This document shows positions 62,063-64,000 of a DNA stretch of 64,000 nt, piece after piece; position 1 is the first letter of the stretch, and every line of letters starts with the position of its first letter. The stretch covers positions 11,990-75,989 of the forward strand of contig DASYTI010000019.1 in NCBI GenBank assembly GCA_036002485.1, given 5' to 3'. The notes beneath the pieces are model-generated. The model was not told the origin of the DNA. It worked only from the letters and a program-made list of their open reading frames with translations, and made no database searches. Position numbers and translations under genes: made by a program. Source of the DNA: Candidatus Methylomirabilota bacterium (GTDB lineage Bacteria; Methylomirabilota; Methylomirabilia; Rokubacteriales; CSP1-6).

Positions 62063-62260
62063 CTAGACGACCTTGACGACCTTTCCGGCTTTCAGGCAGC
62101 GAGTGCAGACGCGCAGGCGCTGGACGGTGCCCGCGTCGCCGATCTTGCCCCGCATCGAGACGAGGTTGACGAGCCAGCGCCGCTTCGTGACATTGTGGGC
62201 GTGACTGATCTTGTGGCCGACGGACGGGCCTTTCCCGCACACATCGCAACGCTGAGCCAT
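62063..62260 (-). CDS. rpmB: 50S ribosomal protein L28
   Basis: MAQRCDVCGKGPSVGHKISHAHNVTKRRWLVNLVSMRGKIGDAGTVQRLRVCTRCLKAGKVVKVV. Hidden inside the long track ORF 62063..62713. Confidence 0.88.
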   Translation of the reverse strand: MAQRCDVCGKGPSVGHKISHAHNVTKRRWLVNLVSMRGKIGDAGTVQRLRVCTRCLKAGKVVKVV

Positions 62261-62342
62261 GCCGACTCCTTGAGGGGATCTGCGCCTGATTTGCCGGACG
62301 CGAGGCCCTTTTATAGCATGATCGGGTGAGCGGAGCAACGAC

Positions 62343-64000
62343 TTGACCCCCACCGGCCCACGATCCCTCGGCGCGGCGTCTGAGCCCGCGGCCAAGCCCG
62401 GGCCCCGCACGCGTCTGGAGGCGCTTCCCGGAGTCGGCCCGCAGCGCGCGAAGCTCCTCGCCAAGCTCGGACTCGTCACCATCGAGGACGCGCTCGGCCA
62501 GCACCTGCCCAGCCGACACGAGGACCGCAGCCAGATCCTCCCCCTCGGGCGTCTCACGGTGGGCGAGGCGCGCACGTGCGCCGGTACCATCGCGGGGATC
62601 AGCCCTCCCCCGAGGGGACGGCCGCGCATGCCCTTGACCGTCATGATCCGCGACGCCAGCGGCTTCCTCCGCTGCGTCTGGTTCAACCAGCCGTACCTGG
62701 CGCGAGTCTTCAAGCGCGGGCAGTACCTGATCGTGCACGGAAAAGTCCAGCCCTATGGCCGTGGTCCCCTCCAGATGCAGGTCAAGGACTACGAGCTCGT
62801 CGAAGACGAGGAGGACGAGACGCTCCACACGGGCCGGCTCGTCCCCGTCTATCCGGCCACCGAGGGCCTGACCCAGCGCCCCCTGCGTCGTTTGATGAAG
62901 CGTCTCGTAGACGGATGGGCCGATACGATCGAAGATCCATTGCCGGCGACCGTCCGCGAGAAGCTCGGCCTTCTGCCCCTGGGCCAGGCCATTCGGGGCG
63001 CTCATTTCCCGGATACGGATGCCTCGCAGTCCCTGGCCCGCGGCCGACTCGTCTTCGACGATTTCTTTCTCCTGGAGATCGGCCTCGCCCTTCGCCGGCA
63101 CCGTGAGGGCCGTCGGCGCGGCCTCGCCATGAATCCCCGGGGCGACCTGGCCCAACGTCTGCTCGCGGGGCTGCCCTACACGCTGACGGCCGCCCAGGAG
63201 CGCGTCCGGCGCGAGATCAAGATGGACATGGCCGAGCCCTATCCCATGAACCGCCTGCTCCAGGGCGACGTCGGCTCGGGCAAGACCGTGGTGGCGGCGT
63301 TGGCCATGGTCACGGCCATCGAAGCCGGCTACCAGGCGGCCCTCATGGCTCCCACGGAAATCCTGGCCGAGCAGCACATGATGACGCTGCAGGCGCTCCT
63401 CGAGCCCCTGGGCGCGCGCGTCGTCCTGCTCACCAGCGCGGTCAAGGGCAAGGCCCGACAGGCGGCCGTGGAGGCCGTGGAGAGCGGCGCGGCCGCCTGC
63501 GCCGTGGGCACCCACGCCCTCGTGCAGGGGGGCGTGGCCTTCAAGCGGCTGGGTCTCGCCGTCATCGACGAGCAGCACCGCTTCGGGGTGGGGCATCGCG
63601 CGGCCCTCCGCGGCAAGGCCGAGAGTCCCGACGTCCTCGTCATGACGGCCACGCCGATCCCGCGCACCCTCGCCCTCACCCTCTACGGCGACCTCGACGT
63701 CTCCGTGCTCGACGAGCTGCCGCCCGGGCGCAAGCCGGTGCGCACGGAGGCTCGCGAGGAGAAGGCCCGGCAGAAGATCTACGCCTTCCTTCGCGACGAG
63801 ATGACGGCGGGCCGGCAGGTCTACGTCGTCTGCCCGCTCGTCGAGGAATCCGAGGTCTCGGATCTCCGCGCCGCCACCGAGGTGGCCGAGCGGCTGCAGG
63901 GGCAGGTGTTCCCGGAGCGTCGCGTGGGACTGATCCACGGCCGGCTGGGTTTCCTGGAGAAGGAGCGCGTCATGCGGGAGTTCAAGGAGGGCGCCCTCCA
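62343..64000 (+). CDS. recG: ATP-dependent DNA helicase RecG (5' part, continues beyond window)
   Basis: Wedge/OB region, then helicase motif I GDVGSGKT, motif II VIDEQHRFG, motif III MTATPIPRT. Candidate TTG start with GGAG upstream. No stop before the window end. Confidence 0.85.
   Translation, partial: MTPTGPRSLGAASEPAAKPGPRTRLEALPGVGPQRAKLLAKLGLVTIEDALGQHLPSRHEDRSQILPLGRLTVGEARTCAGTIAGISPPPRGRPRMPLTVMIRDASGFLRCVWFNQPYLARVFKRGQYLIVHGKVQPYGRGPLQMQVKDYELVEDEEDETLHTGRLVPVYPATEGLTQRPLRRLMKRLVDGWADTIEDPLPATVREKLGLLPLGQAIRGAHFPDTDASQSLARGRLVFDDFFLLEIGLALRRHREGRRRGLAMNPRGDLAQRLLAGLPYTLTAAQERVRREIKMDMAEPYPMNRLLQGDVGSGKTVVAALAMVTAIEAGYQAALMAPTEILAEQHMMTLQALLEPLGARVVLLTSAVKGKARQAAVEAVESGAAACAVGTHALVQGGVAFKRLGLAVIDEQHRFGVGHRAALRGKAESPDVLVMTATPIPRTLALTLYGDLDVSVLDELPPGRKPVRTEAREEKARQKIYAFLRDEMTAGRQVYVVCPLVEESEVSDLRAATEVAERLQGQVFPERRVGLIHGRLGFLEKERVMREFKEGAL

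Noticed and set aside
62063-62713. 216-aa track ORF
   Set aside because: Only the 3'-terminal 65 codons encode ribosomal protein L28. The long upstream extension is antisense to recG and non-coding-like.
61920-63938. 672-aa minus-strand ORF
   Set aside because: Antisense to recG, which has clear helicase motifs. Shadow ORF.

Overview
This is a 64 kb, high-GC (about 68%) bacterial chromosomal segment that is densely coding on both strands. I found no rRNA, tRNA, CRISPR array, integrase or transposase.

Gene content in order:
- Minus strand: a sugar ABC transporter operon with two tandem Tat-signal substrate-binding protein (SBP) paralogs.
- Minus strand: a kdsB plus tandem MFS transporter operon.
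- Minus strand: a peptide-type ABC SBP plus two permeases with no ATPase gene.
- Minus strand: trpS.
- Plus strand: a Liv-type ABC transporter (livK, fused livHM, livG split by an in-frame amber codon, livF) followed by an enamidase-like amidohydrolase, a PF06684-family protein, a luciferase-like monooxygenase (LLM) flavin oxidoreductase, an orphan CoxL-family molybdenum hydroxylase large subunit and a CYTH protein.
- Both strands (26445-32712): a secreted-protein / GT4 glycosyltransferase / TPR / PEP-CTERM(DUF4114) patch with AT-rich islands.
- Minus strand: gdhA-glgX-glgB directly fused behind a Pup-proteasome block (pafA, prcA, prcB, dop) plus mpa. I could not find a pup gene at the canonical position.
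- Plus strand: a conserved housekeeping run: yebC-ruvCAB, DUF2905, spoIID, csaA, queA-tgt-yajC-secDF, relA/spoT, a PF06262 peptidase.
- Plus strand: a hypothetical winged-helix protein behind a near-consensus sigma70 promoter, followed by two tandem poly-lysine micro-ORFs that each have a strong Shine-Dalgarno sequence.
- Convergent rpmB, then the 5' part of recG.

Non-coding structure: a dispersed and locally tandem ~45-bp repeat family at four intergenic loci, a pair of near-identical GC-rich hairpin repeats abutting the stop codons of two minus-strand genes, and several terminator-like hairpins.

Coordinates come from the supplied ORF track plus frame arithmetic. Boundaries I set myself are accurate to about one codon or better. 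The taxonomic guess (a non-actinobacterial Pup-proteasome carrier) is inference only.
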